Shown here piece after piece: positions 26,812 through 37,324 of a stretch of DNA of 64,000 nt. The position numbers were made by a program, and so were the translations under genes. Source of the stretch: Planctomycetia bacterium (GTDB lineage: Bacteria; Planctomycetota; Planctomycetia; Pirellulales; UBA1268); the NCBI GenBank assembly GCA_026401035.1, contig JAPLNR010000053.1, positions 89,451-153,450 on the forward strand, given 5' to 3'. The notes beneath the pieces were generated by a model that saw nothing but the letters and a program-made list of their open reading frames with translations, searched no databases and was not told the DNA's origin. Position 1 is the stretch's first letter; each line of letters begins with the position of its first letter.

Positions 26812-28943
26812 GGCAGACGGAACGCCACGCCGGCGGACTGCGGGCCGCCCTCGCGATCGCCCGCCGCGACCTCGTGGAGTTTGTCCGCGACCGGCGCACG
26901 CTCTTCATCACGCTTCTGCTCCCGATGGTCACCTATCCGATCCTTGCCCTCTCGACGGCGCTCGGGCTGCGGACGGCCTCGAGCGAGATCGAGGCGCAGC
27001 GGGCACCGACGAAGATCGTCGTGACCGTCTCGGGTCCGGATGCAATCGCCCTCGTCGACCGCATTGGATTCGTGGAGAAAAAGACGACCGGCAGCGGCCG
27101 CGAGGGCTGGCCGTCTGCGATCGAAATGGAGGCGGTCACGGCCGCCGACGCCCGCGGGCGGCTCGATCAGGGGGTGGCCGATCTCTGGCTCGAGGCGCCG
27201 CGGGGCTGCATCGCGGCGCTCGATGCGGACGGGACGGTCGCCATCCCGGTGCACCTGCCGCCCGGCAGGCCGCCGAACCGCCGCGTGCGCGACCAGTTCG
27301 ACGCCGTCATGCGGAGCCTTGCCGAAGACGTCCGCTCCCGCCGCATCCAATTGGCCGGGCTGCCGGCGAGCGTGCTGGCCCCCTTGAAGCTCGTCTTCGT
27401 CGATGGGCTGGAGGAGTCTCGTCCACCGCCGGCCCACAGCATCATGTCGACGCTCGCCGGCGGCGTGCTCGTGCTCCTGGCGGTGCTCACGCTGACGGGG
27501 GCCTTCTATCCGGCGATCGACGCCATTGCCGGCGAGAAGGAACGCGGCACGATCGAGACGCTCCTGATCGCCCCCTGCGGTTCGCGGGACATCGTCTTCG
27601 GCAAGTTCCTCGCCGTGTTCACCGTGACGCTCGCCACGCTTGCGGCCAATGCCGTCTCGATCGCGGCGACGGCCGCGGTGTCGCGCCGGTTCCTGCCCGC
27701 CGACATCACCATGGCGCTGCCGGACAGCGCGGTGGTGGCAATCCTCGTGACGGTGCTGGCGTTCGCTGGGCTGGCGGCCCTATCCGCCGCGACGTGCCTC
27801 GCGGTGACGACGGCCTCGAAGAGCGGCAAGGAGGCGCAGAACACGCTCACGCCCGTGATCCTGCTCGTCAGCGCGCTGGCCGGCACGGCGCTGCTGCCCG
27901 GCATGCGGAGCGACAGCCTGCTGGCGGCGGTGCCCTTTTCGGGGCAGGTGCTCGTGTCGCGGGGCGTCTTCGCGGCCGGCGAGGCCGGGCCGCATGCCGT
28001 CCCGGCCGTTCTTGGCCCGCTGGCGGTCACGCTCCTGTCGGCGGCCGCGGGCACCTGGCTCCTGCTGCGGGCCACGGCCTCGATGCTCACCGACGAAGAC
28101 ATTCTCTTTCGCGGCGGCGACGTGGCCGGGGCGGGCTTCAACCGGCCCGGCCGGCGGACGCGGCCCAATGTCGTGCAGGGCGTGCTGCCGATCGTCGCCG
28201 GATTGGCCGCGCTCTGGTATGTGCAGGGGATCTCGCCGGACGACCTCGTGCGGGCGATCCCGCTCCAGCAGACCGCCGCCGTCATCCTCCCGCTTTTGGC
28301 GGTGACCTGGTGGCAGCGGGTCGACATCCGGCAGACGTTCCGCCTCGCCTGGCCTGGTGGAGCCGCAGGGCCGGCCACGTGGTGGGGAGGCGTCGGCTGG
28401 CTCGTCGGCGCGGCGGCCCTCGGCGCGGCCGTGTTCGTGATCGGGGCCACCACGCTCCTGGCCGTGAAGGGCACGGTGCTGTCGGACGAGGCGCGGCTGC
28501 TCTCGAATAAGCTCCTCGAGTTGATGGAAAGCCAGCCCGCGTGGGTTTCCTGGGGGCTGATGGCGGCGCTCCCGGCTGTCTGCGAGGAATGCCTGTTCCG
28601 GGGCTGGGTGCAGAGCGGGTTTGCGGGCCGGGCCGAGTCGCGGCAGCGTGTCGTAGCGGCGATCGTCGCGCAGGCTGCGCTGTTTGCGGTCTTTCACCTG
28701 CTCCCGGAGCGGATGCCGCAGACCTTCTTCCTGGGGCTCGTGCTGGGCGGGCTGACCCACGCCTCAGGGAGCCTGCTGCCGGCCATCGTCTGCCACATCG
28801 CGCACAACAGCATGCCGCTGGCCCTCCTGGCCGCGGGCCTGCCTCGCTGGGCGCTGCCGGCATCTGTAGGATGTCTGCTGCTCGGAGCGGTTCTGCTCAC
28901 GAACGGCAGCCGCGGGCGCAGCAGGATGGAGCCTTTGGAATGA
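26808..28943 (+). CDS. fusion protein: ABC-2 (NatB-type) permease + C-terminal CPBP intramembrane protease domain
   Basis: ATGA overlap with the ATPase gene. The N-terminal part has TM1, a large loop, GEKERGTIETLL and 5 TM segments. The C-terminal ~230 aa carry the CPBP motifs EECLFRGW, FAVFHLLP and HIAHNS. Confidence 0.8.
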   Translation: MRQTERHAGGLRAALAIARRDLVEFVRDRRTLFITLLLPMVTYPILALSTALGLRTASSEIEAQRAPTKIVVTVSGPDAIALVDRIGFVEKKTTGSGREGWPSAIEMEAVTAADARGRLDQGVADLWLEAPRGCIAALDADGTVAIPVHLPPGRPPNRRVRDQFDAVMRSLAEDVRSRRIQLAGLPASVLAPLKLVFVDGLEESRPPPAHSIMSTLAGGVLVLLAVLTLTGAFYPAIDAIAGEKERGTIETLLIAPCGSRDIVFGKFLAVFTVTLATLAANAVSIAATAAVSRRFLPADITMALPDSAVVAILVTVLAFAGLAALSAATCLAVTTASKSGKEAQNTLTPVILLVSALAGTALLPGMRSDSLLAAVPFSGQVLVSRGVFAAGEAGPHAVPAVLGPLAVTLLSAAAGTWLLLRATASMLTDEDILFRGGDVAGAGFNRPGRRTRPNVVQGVLPIVAGLAALWYVQGISPDDLVRAIPLQQTAAVILPLLAVTWWQRVDIRQTFRLAWPGGAAGPATWWGGVGWLVGAAALGAAVFVIGATTLLAVKGTVLSDEARLLSNKLLELMESQPAWVSWGLMAALPAVCEECLFRGWVQSGFAGRAESRQRVVAAIVAQAALFAVFHLLPERMPQTFFLGLVLGGLTHASGSLLPAIVCHIAHNSMPLALLAAGLPRWALPASVGCLLLGAVLLTNGSRGRSRMEPLE

Positions 28944-30028
28944 GCAGATGCAGGGCTGGGTGGGCAGTGGTGCTGTGGGTGTTCACGATCTCCACCGCCG
29001 CTCTGGCGGCCGACACTGCGGCCACGCCACCGCGACTGCGGGTGGCCGTCACCCCGATCGCCTCGGCGCTGGAGTGGACCGGCGAGCAGCCCACCGGCGT
29101 GATGGTCGACATCTGGGAGAATCTCGCCGGCCGTCTCGGCGTGACGACCGACTTCGTGAAGGCGGCGACGTTCTCCAAACTGCTTGCGACGCTCCCGGCC
29201 GGAGAAGCCGATGTCGCCCTCGGGCCGATAGCGATCACCGAGGAGCGGGAACGGCGGGTGGATCTCACCCACCCGATTTTTCACTCCGGCCTGCGGATCG
29301 CCGTCCGCCAGCGGAACAACTCAGGATTTCTCGCGGCGCTCCGCTCACTGCTCTCCTGGGACCTGCTCGGATTGCTGGGGCTCGTCATCGGACTGGCGCT
29401 GCTGTCGGGCCATCTTCTCTGGTGGTTCGAGCACAAGGGCAACGACAGGTCGTTTCCACCGCAGTATCCCCGCGGCGTCGGGGAGGCGACCTGGTGGATC
29501 GCTTCGACGATCGTCACCGGTGGCTGCGACGACAAGCACGTTGACAGCATGCTGGGCCGTGGGATCGCCCTCATCTGGATGGTCGGCGGCATCGGGCTGA
29601 TCGCCGCGTTCACCAGCGTGCTCACCGCCACGATGACGGCGGAGCGGGTGACCGGCACGATCCAGGCGGTCCGTGATCTCGCCGGCCGCACGGTCGGCTG
29701 TCAGATGGAGGCCGTCTCGATCGAGTCGGTGAGGCAGCGGGGTGGAATCGTGCAGGAATTTTCCACGCTCACCGAGGCGCTCGATGCGCTTGACCTCGGC
29801 ATGGTGGAGGCCGTGGTGGGGGAAAATCAACAGCTGATGTATCTCACCAACCAGTCCCGGCGGGGAACCATCCGACTCGTCGGCGCCATGTTCGACTCAT
29901 TCGACTACGGGCTCGGCCTCCCCGCCGGCAACGCCCTCCGCGAGGACCTCAACACGGCGATCCTCCGCATGCGGGAAGACGGCACGCTCAACCGCATCAA
30001 GGAGGAGTGGCTCGGCAGCCACGAGTAG
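28940..30028 (+). CDS. GluR0-like ligand-gated channel: periplasmic binding-protein fold split by a 2-TM pore module
   Basis: ATGA overlap with the upstream gene. The order is a signal peptide, SBP lobe 1, TM (LLGLLGLVIGLALLSGHLLWWF), pore loop EATWWIASTIVTGGCDD, TM (GIALIWMVGGIGLIAAFTSVLTA), then SBP lobe 2 ending ...LNRIKEEWLG. 362 aa. Confidence 0.7.
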   Translation: MSRCRAGWAVVLWVFTISTAALAADTAATPPRLRVAVTPIASALEWTGEQPTGVMVDIWENLAGRLGVTTDFVKAATFSKLLATLPAGEADVALGPIAITEERERRVDLTHPIFHSGLRIAVRQRNNSGFLAALRSLLSWDLLGLLGLVIGLALLSGHLLWWFEHKGNDRSFPPQYPRGVGEATWWIASTIVTGGCDDKHVDSMLGRGIALIWMVGGIGLIAAFTSVLTATMTAERVTGTIQAVRDLAGRTVGCQMEAVSIESVRQRGGIVQEFSTLTEALDALDLGMVEAVVGENQQLMYLTNQSRRGTIRLVGAMFDSFDYGLGLPAGNALREDLNTAILRMREDGTLNRIKEEWLGSHE

Positions 30029-30046
30029 GACAGGCTTCAGCCTGTC
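30026..30046 (+). repeat. REP-like hairpin TAGGACAGGCTTCAGCCTGTC (the TAG is the stop of the channel gene)
   Basis: 7-bp stem and 4-nt loop. It fills the 22-nt gap between convergent genes (stops at 30028 and 30051). Confidence 0.85.
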
Positions 30047-30050
30047 ATCC

Positions 30051-31505
30051 TCAAGCCAGCAGGGCCTTGACCGGCTTCGCCGGCTCGACGCCCGTGAGCT
30101 TCGAATCGAGGCCCTGGTATTGCACGGTGAACCGCATGTGGTCGATGCCCAGCAGGTGCAGCATCGTGGCATGCAGGTCGCGGACGTGGACGACGTCCTG
30201 GATGGCGTTGTAGCCGAAGTCGTCGGTCGCACCGTGCACGATGCCCGGCCGAATGCCGCCGCCGGCGAGCAGCATGCTGAAGCCCTTGATGTGGTGGTCG
30301 CGGCCGATCTGCTCCCCCTTGCCCTGGCCCATCGGCGTCCGGCCAAACTCGCCGCCGACCACGACGAGCGTCTCGTCGAGCAGGCCGCGGCGTTCGAGGT
30401 CGATCAGGAGCGCGGCCGCGGCCTGATCGGTCGGCGGGCAGATCTGCTGCATGTAGCCGTCGATGCCACCGTGGTGATCCCAGTCGCTGTGATAGAGGTG
30501 CACGAACCGCACGCCCCGCTCCACGAGCCGCCGCGCCATCAGGCAGTTGGTGCCGACGGTCGCCTTGCCCGGTTGCGCGCCGTAGAGCGCGAGCGTCTCG
30601 GCCGATTCGCCGGAGAGATCGGCGAGTTGCGGCACGCTCGTCTGCATCTTGAACGCCAGTTCGTACTGCCTCAAGCGGGTCGCGATCTCGGGGTCGGCGA
30701 GTGACGCGAGCCGATGGTTTTCCAGCGCCGCGACCGTGTCGATCAGATCCCGCTGGTGGGCCGTCGACACGCCGGGCGGATTGGTCACATAGTGCACCGG
30801 CGGCCCGCTCGTCGAAAACTCGACGCCCTGAAACTGCCCCGGCAAAAAGCCGGAGTGCCACTGCCGCGCCGCAATCGGCTGTGGATTGCGGCCCAGCTTG
30901 CTGGTCATCACCACGAAGCCGGGCAGGTCGTGGGCCTCGCTGCCGAGGCCATACGTCACCCAGGCCCCCATGCTCGGCCGGCCGGAAAGCCCGGTGCCGC
31001 AATTCATGAACGTGTGGGCCGGATCATGATTGATCTGCTCGGTCACCATGCTTCGCACGACCGCGTACTTGTCGGCCAGACTCCCCAGCAACGGAAAGTA
31101 GTCGCTCACCTCCGTGCCGCACTCACCATGCCGCGAAAATGACTTTCTGGGACCGAGGCAGATCAGTTTCTGCCCCTGGAGCTGCGCGATCGGCTGGCCG
31201 GCCGTCACGCTCTCCGGCATCTCCTTGCCGTCGAGTGTGGCGAGCAACGGCTTGGGGTCGAAGGTCTCCAGATGGCTCGGCCCGCCGGCCAGGCAGAGGA
31301 AGATCACCGACTTGGCCTTGGGCGGATGGTGGAGCGGATAGACCGCGCCCGGATAGCGGCCGGCGGCAGGAGCCGGGCCCGCGGCCGCCGAGACGGTCGC
31401 CGCCAGCCCGTCGCGGGCCAGCAGCCCCGCGAGCGCGGCGCCGCCGAGCGACAGGCCCGATCGGGCGAGGAACGTGCGGCGGTGGATCGCGAGTGGGTCG
31501 TGCAT
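30051..31505 (-). CDS. DUF1501 domain protein (sulfatase-fold, Tat signal)
   Basis: The N-terminus is Tat-like (HRRTFLARSGLSLGGAALAGL). FLCLAGGPSHLETFDPKP, GGEFGRTP and DHH..GFSMLLAGGG blocks are typical of DUF1501. Confidence 0.85.
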   Translation of the reverse strand: MHDPLAIHRRTFLARSGLSLGGAALAGLLARDGLAATVSAAAGPAPAAGRYPGAVYPLHHPPKAKSVIFLCLAGGPSHLETFDPKPLLATLDGKEMPESVTAGQPIAQLQGQKLICLGPRKSFSRHGECGTEVSDYFPLLGSLADKYAVVRSMVTEQINHDPAHTFMNCGTGLSGRPSMGAWVTYGLGSEAHDLPGFVVMTSKLGRNPQPIAARQWHSGFLPGQFQGVEFSTSGPPVHYVTNPPGVSTAHQRDLIDTVAALENHRLASLADPEIATRLRQYELAFKMQTSVPQLADLSGESAETLALYGAQPGKATVGTNCLMARRLVERGVRFVHLYHSDWDHHGGIDGYMQQICPPTDQAAAALLIDLERRGLLDETLVVVGGEFGRTPMGQGKGEQIGRDHHIKGFSMLLAGGGIRPGIVHGATDDFGYNAIQDVVHVRDLHATMLHLLGIDHMRFTVQYQGLDSKLTGVEPAKPVKALLA

Positions 31506-31549
31506 GATGCGCCTTCCGTTCGAGAAACCGCCGGGACGGCGGCCCGTTT

Positions 31550-34045
31550 TCAGTATCTCGCGATGGCCTCGTGAAGGTTCAGGACGGCCCGCGCCGTGGC
31601 GGTCCAGGCCGCGAGTTCGGCCGCGTCGAGCGTCTTGTCGCGCGGGGCGACGCCGACGGCGAGCAGGTCCTTGGTGGCCTGGGGGTTGGCCTTGAATTCC
31701 ACGCGGCGGCGGTCGAGCAGGCCCTTCACCAACGCGAGCTCGTCGGCGTCTGGCCCGCGTGAGAGGGTCCGCTTCCAGAGGAATGCGATCCGCTCGTCAT
31801 CGGCGGCGCCCGCTTCCGCGAGCGCCAGTTCGGCCAGCTTCCGCGCCGCCTCGATAAAGGTCGGGTCGTTGAGCAGGACGAGCGCGGCCTTCGGCGTGTT
31901 GGACCGCATCCGCGTGGCCGTACATTCCTCGCGGCTGGGGGCATCGAAGGCGAGCAGTTGCGGATGGAGAAACATCCGCTGCCAGTGCACATAGAGGCCG
32001 CGCCGCCACTGGCGGTCATCCTTATCGACCTTGTACTCACGCTGCGGGAAATTCAGATGCTGGTAATAGCCTGCCGGCTGGTAAGGATGAACGCTCTCGC
32101 CGCCGAGCCGCTCGACCAGCAGGCCGCAGGCGAAGAGCGCGGTGTCGCGAACGCCCTCCGCGGGCAGCCGCCACCGTCCCTGCCGCGCCAGCAGCCGGTT
32201 GTCGGGGTCGCGGGCCAACAGGTCGGCCGGGGCGGCGGACGACATCCGATAGGCCCGGCTCGTCACGATCGTGCGAATGATCTGTTTCACATCCCAGCCG
32301 CTCGCCAGAAACTCGATCGCTAGCCGGTCGAGCAGTTCCGGATGATCGGGCAATTCCCCCTGGCCGCCGAAATCACCGGCGCTGCGGCAGAGGCCGGCGC
32401 CGAAGAAGAGCGCCCAGATCCGGTTGGCCGTCACCCGGGCCGTGTATTCCCCGGCACCGCCCGAAGCCACGGGCGTGGTCAGCCAGCGGGCGAGGTCGGC
32501 GCGGGAGGCACGGCCGTTGGTGCCGAGGCTGCCGAGAAATCCGGGGATCGCCGGCTCAACGATCGGCCCTGTCTCGTCCAGCCAGTTGCCGCGGGGCAGA
32601 ACCCTCACGTCGCGTGGCTGCTTGAGGGCCCTGGTCACCATCAAGGCCCGATCAAGCTGCTGTCTTTCGACCTTCAGCTGGTCGAGCTCGATCCGGCTGG
32701 CGACGACGCCCTCGGGTTCCGGCTCCGGCGGCTGGGCACGCGGCGGCAGTACCAGCGGCGGCAGTTGGTTGTCGAGCGAATGCATCCGGGCGTCGAGTTC
32801 CGTCGCCCGCTCGCGATCAAATGGGCCGACGAGCTGCACCTCCGGCTCGCGGCGGGTGGGGAGCGCATTGGTGCCGTTCTTGAAATGCTTTTCGTCGTCG
32901 ATGTCGGCGAAGAAGGCCCCCAGCGCGTGGAAATCGCGGGCGGTGTAGGGGTCGTATTTGTGGTCGTGGCACTGGGCGCAGCCCACGGTCGCCCCCATCC
33001 ACACGCCCGACACGTTGCGAATCCGATCGGCCTGGTAGATCGCCCGATATTCCTTCGCCTGCAGACCGCCTTCGTGCGTCGTCTGGAGCAGGCGGTTGTA
33101 CGCACTGGCGAGCACCGGATCGTCGGCATGCTCGCCGTTGAAGGGGCCGACGAGGTCGCCCGCCAGTTGCAGCACGGTAAAGCGATCGAAGGGCACGTTG
33201 TCGCGAAACGACTTGATCACCCAGTCGCGGTAGGGCGAGATGTTGTGGGGCTGGTCGCCGTGGTAGCCCACCGTATCGGCATACCGCACGAGATCGAGCC
33301 ACCAGGCGGCCATCCGTTCGGCATGCCGCGGGGAGGCCAGCAGACGGTCGACCAGGAACATGTATGCGTCGGGCCGAGTGTCGGCGAGATACGCATCGAC
33401 TTCCTGCGGCGACGGCGGCAGGCCGGTGAGGTCGAATGTCACCCGGCGGAGGAGCGTGAGCGGGTCGGCATCTGCCGCCGGCTCGATTCCCTCTTCCTCG
33501 AGTCGGCCGAGAATGAAGGGGTCGATCCAGTTGGAGCCCCAGTCGGCCTGTCTGACCGGTGGCGGCGCATGCGTCGTGGGCGCGACATAGGCCCAGTGGG
33601 CCGCATACGGGGCCCCGGCCGCAATCCAGCGGGCGAGCAGTTCCTTCTGCGCCGCCGTGAGCACATGATTGCTCTCCGGCGGCGGCATGATCGTGTCGGG
33701 ATCGGTCTCGTGGATCCGCGCGATCAGTTCACTTTGGTCGGGATGCCCCGGCACGATGGCGGTGGCGGCACTGTCGAGCTCGGCGAGTGCCGCATCGCGG
33801 TCGTCGAGCCGCAGGCCGCCGCGGCGGTCGTGCTCGTCGGGGCCGTGGCAGGCGAAGCAGTTTTGCGACAGGATCGGCCGGATGTCGCGATTGAAGTCGG
33901 GGGCTTTTCCACCGGACGGGGAGGCCCCGAAGCCCGACGCCGCCACACCCCATGCCGCCAAACACCACGCCACCGCCGACAGGCGGCCAGGCACTCTTCT
34001 ACGGGAGGGGCTGGCTGAGGGCATGCGGCAATCCCTTAGATCCAC
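31550..34045 (-). CDS. DUF1549/DUF1553 protein with N-terminal planctomycete cytochrome-c domain
   Basis: The heme motif CFACHGP is followed by GGLRLD. Later CAQCHDHKYDP and FGGQGE.P.HPELLD blocks appear. It is paired with the downstream DUF1501 gene. Confidence 0.85.
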   Translation of the reverse strand: MDLRDCRMPSASPSRRRVPGRLSAVAWCLAAWGVAASGFGASPSGGKAPDFNRDIRPILSQNCFACHGPDEHDRRGGLRLDDRDAALAELDSAATAIVPGHPDQSELIARIHETDPDTIMPPPESNHVLTAAQKELLARWIAAGAPYAAHWAYVAPTTHAPPPVRQADWGSNWIDPFILGRLEEEGIEPAADADPLTLLRRVTFDLTGLPPSPQEVDAYLADTRPDAYMFLVDRLLASPRHAERMAAWWLDLVRYADTVGYHGDQPHNISPYRDWVIKSFRDNVPFDRFTVLQLAGDLVGPFNGEHADDPVLASAYNRLLQTTHEGGLQAKEYRAIYQADRIRNVSGVWMGATVGCAQCHDHKYDPYTARDFHALGAFFADIDDEKHFKNGTNALPTRREPEVQLVGPFDRERATELDARMHSLDNQLPPLVLPPRAQPPEPEPEGVVASRIELDQLKVERQQLDRALMVTRALKQPRDVRVLPRGNWLDETGPIVEPAIPGFLGSLGTNGRASRADLARWLTTPVASGGAGEYTARVTANRIWALFFGAGLCRSAGDFGGQGELPDHPELLDRLAIEFLASGWDVKQIIRTIVTSRAYRMSSAAPADLLARDPDNRLLARQGRWRLPAEGVRDTALFACGLLVERLGGESVHPYQPAGYYQHLNFPQREYKVDKDDRQWRRGLYVHWQRMFLHPQLLAFDAPSREECTATRMRSNTPKAALVLLNDPTFIEAARKLAELALAEAGAADDERIAFLWKRTLSRGPDADELALVKGLLDRRRVEFKANPQATKDLLAVGVAPRDKTLDAAELAAWTATARAVLNLHEAIARY

Positions 34046-34208
34046 GAACCATTCATGTTTTACGGAAACCGGTAAATTGTAGCCTCTGATCGGGGCCGCA
34101 GCGACGCCACGGCTCGCTCGTTGACGCCACCGGCACCCGCACGTAGATTCTGGCGAGATTCCGGCAGAAAGCCATCAGTTCCCCCAGCGAAAGGTCTCGA
34201 AACCGCCC

Positions 34209-36995
<2,787 letters not shown>

Positions 36996-37022
36996 TCACG
37001 CCTGGCTCAACGCGCACAATCC

Positions 37023-37324
37023 GGCTTCGGGCGACCCGTACCCCGTCGCCGGACGTTCGCTACGGGCATCCTGCCCTTCGCTCTCTCGATGCTGACCGCG
37101 CTCCGCCATCCTGGCTGCGCTTGTCAGCAACGCCGGCTCCCGGGGTACGGGTCGCCCAAAGCCTCCCTCAACTGGTGAACTGCAGAAAGCGGGTAGGCTC
37201 GGGGCTGCACATGCCCTCTCGCGGGCTATGGGAGCGAGCGCAGGCAGGATGCCGAAGCGAGCGGACATGCAGTGAGCGAAGGACAGGATGTCCGCAGCGA
37301 ACGTCCGCCGAGAGGGCATGCTGC
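37023..37324. repeat. cluster of interleaved inverted and direct repeats between ppdK and the DASS gene
   Basis: IR1 is 37023-37045 versus 37141-37163 (22 of 23). IR2 is 37051-37083 versus 37274-37306 (30 of 33). IR3 is 37207-37224 versus 37305-37324. A weaker direct copy of the IR2 motif lies at about 37233-37265. Confidence 0.8.
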
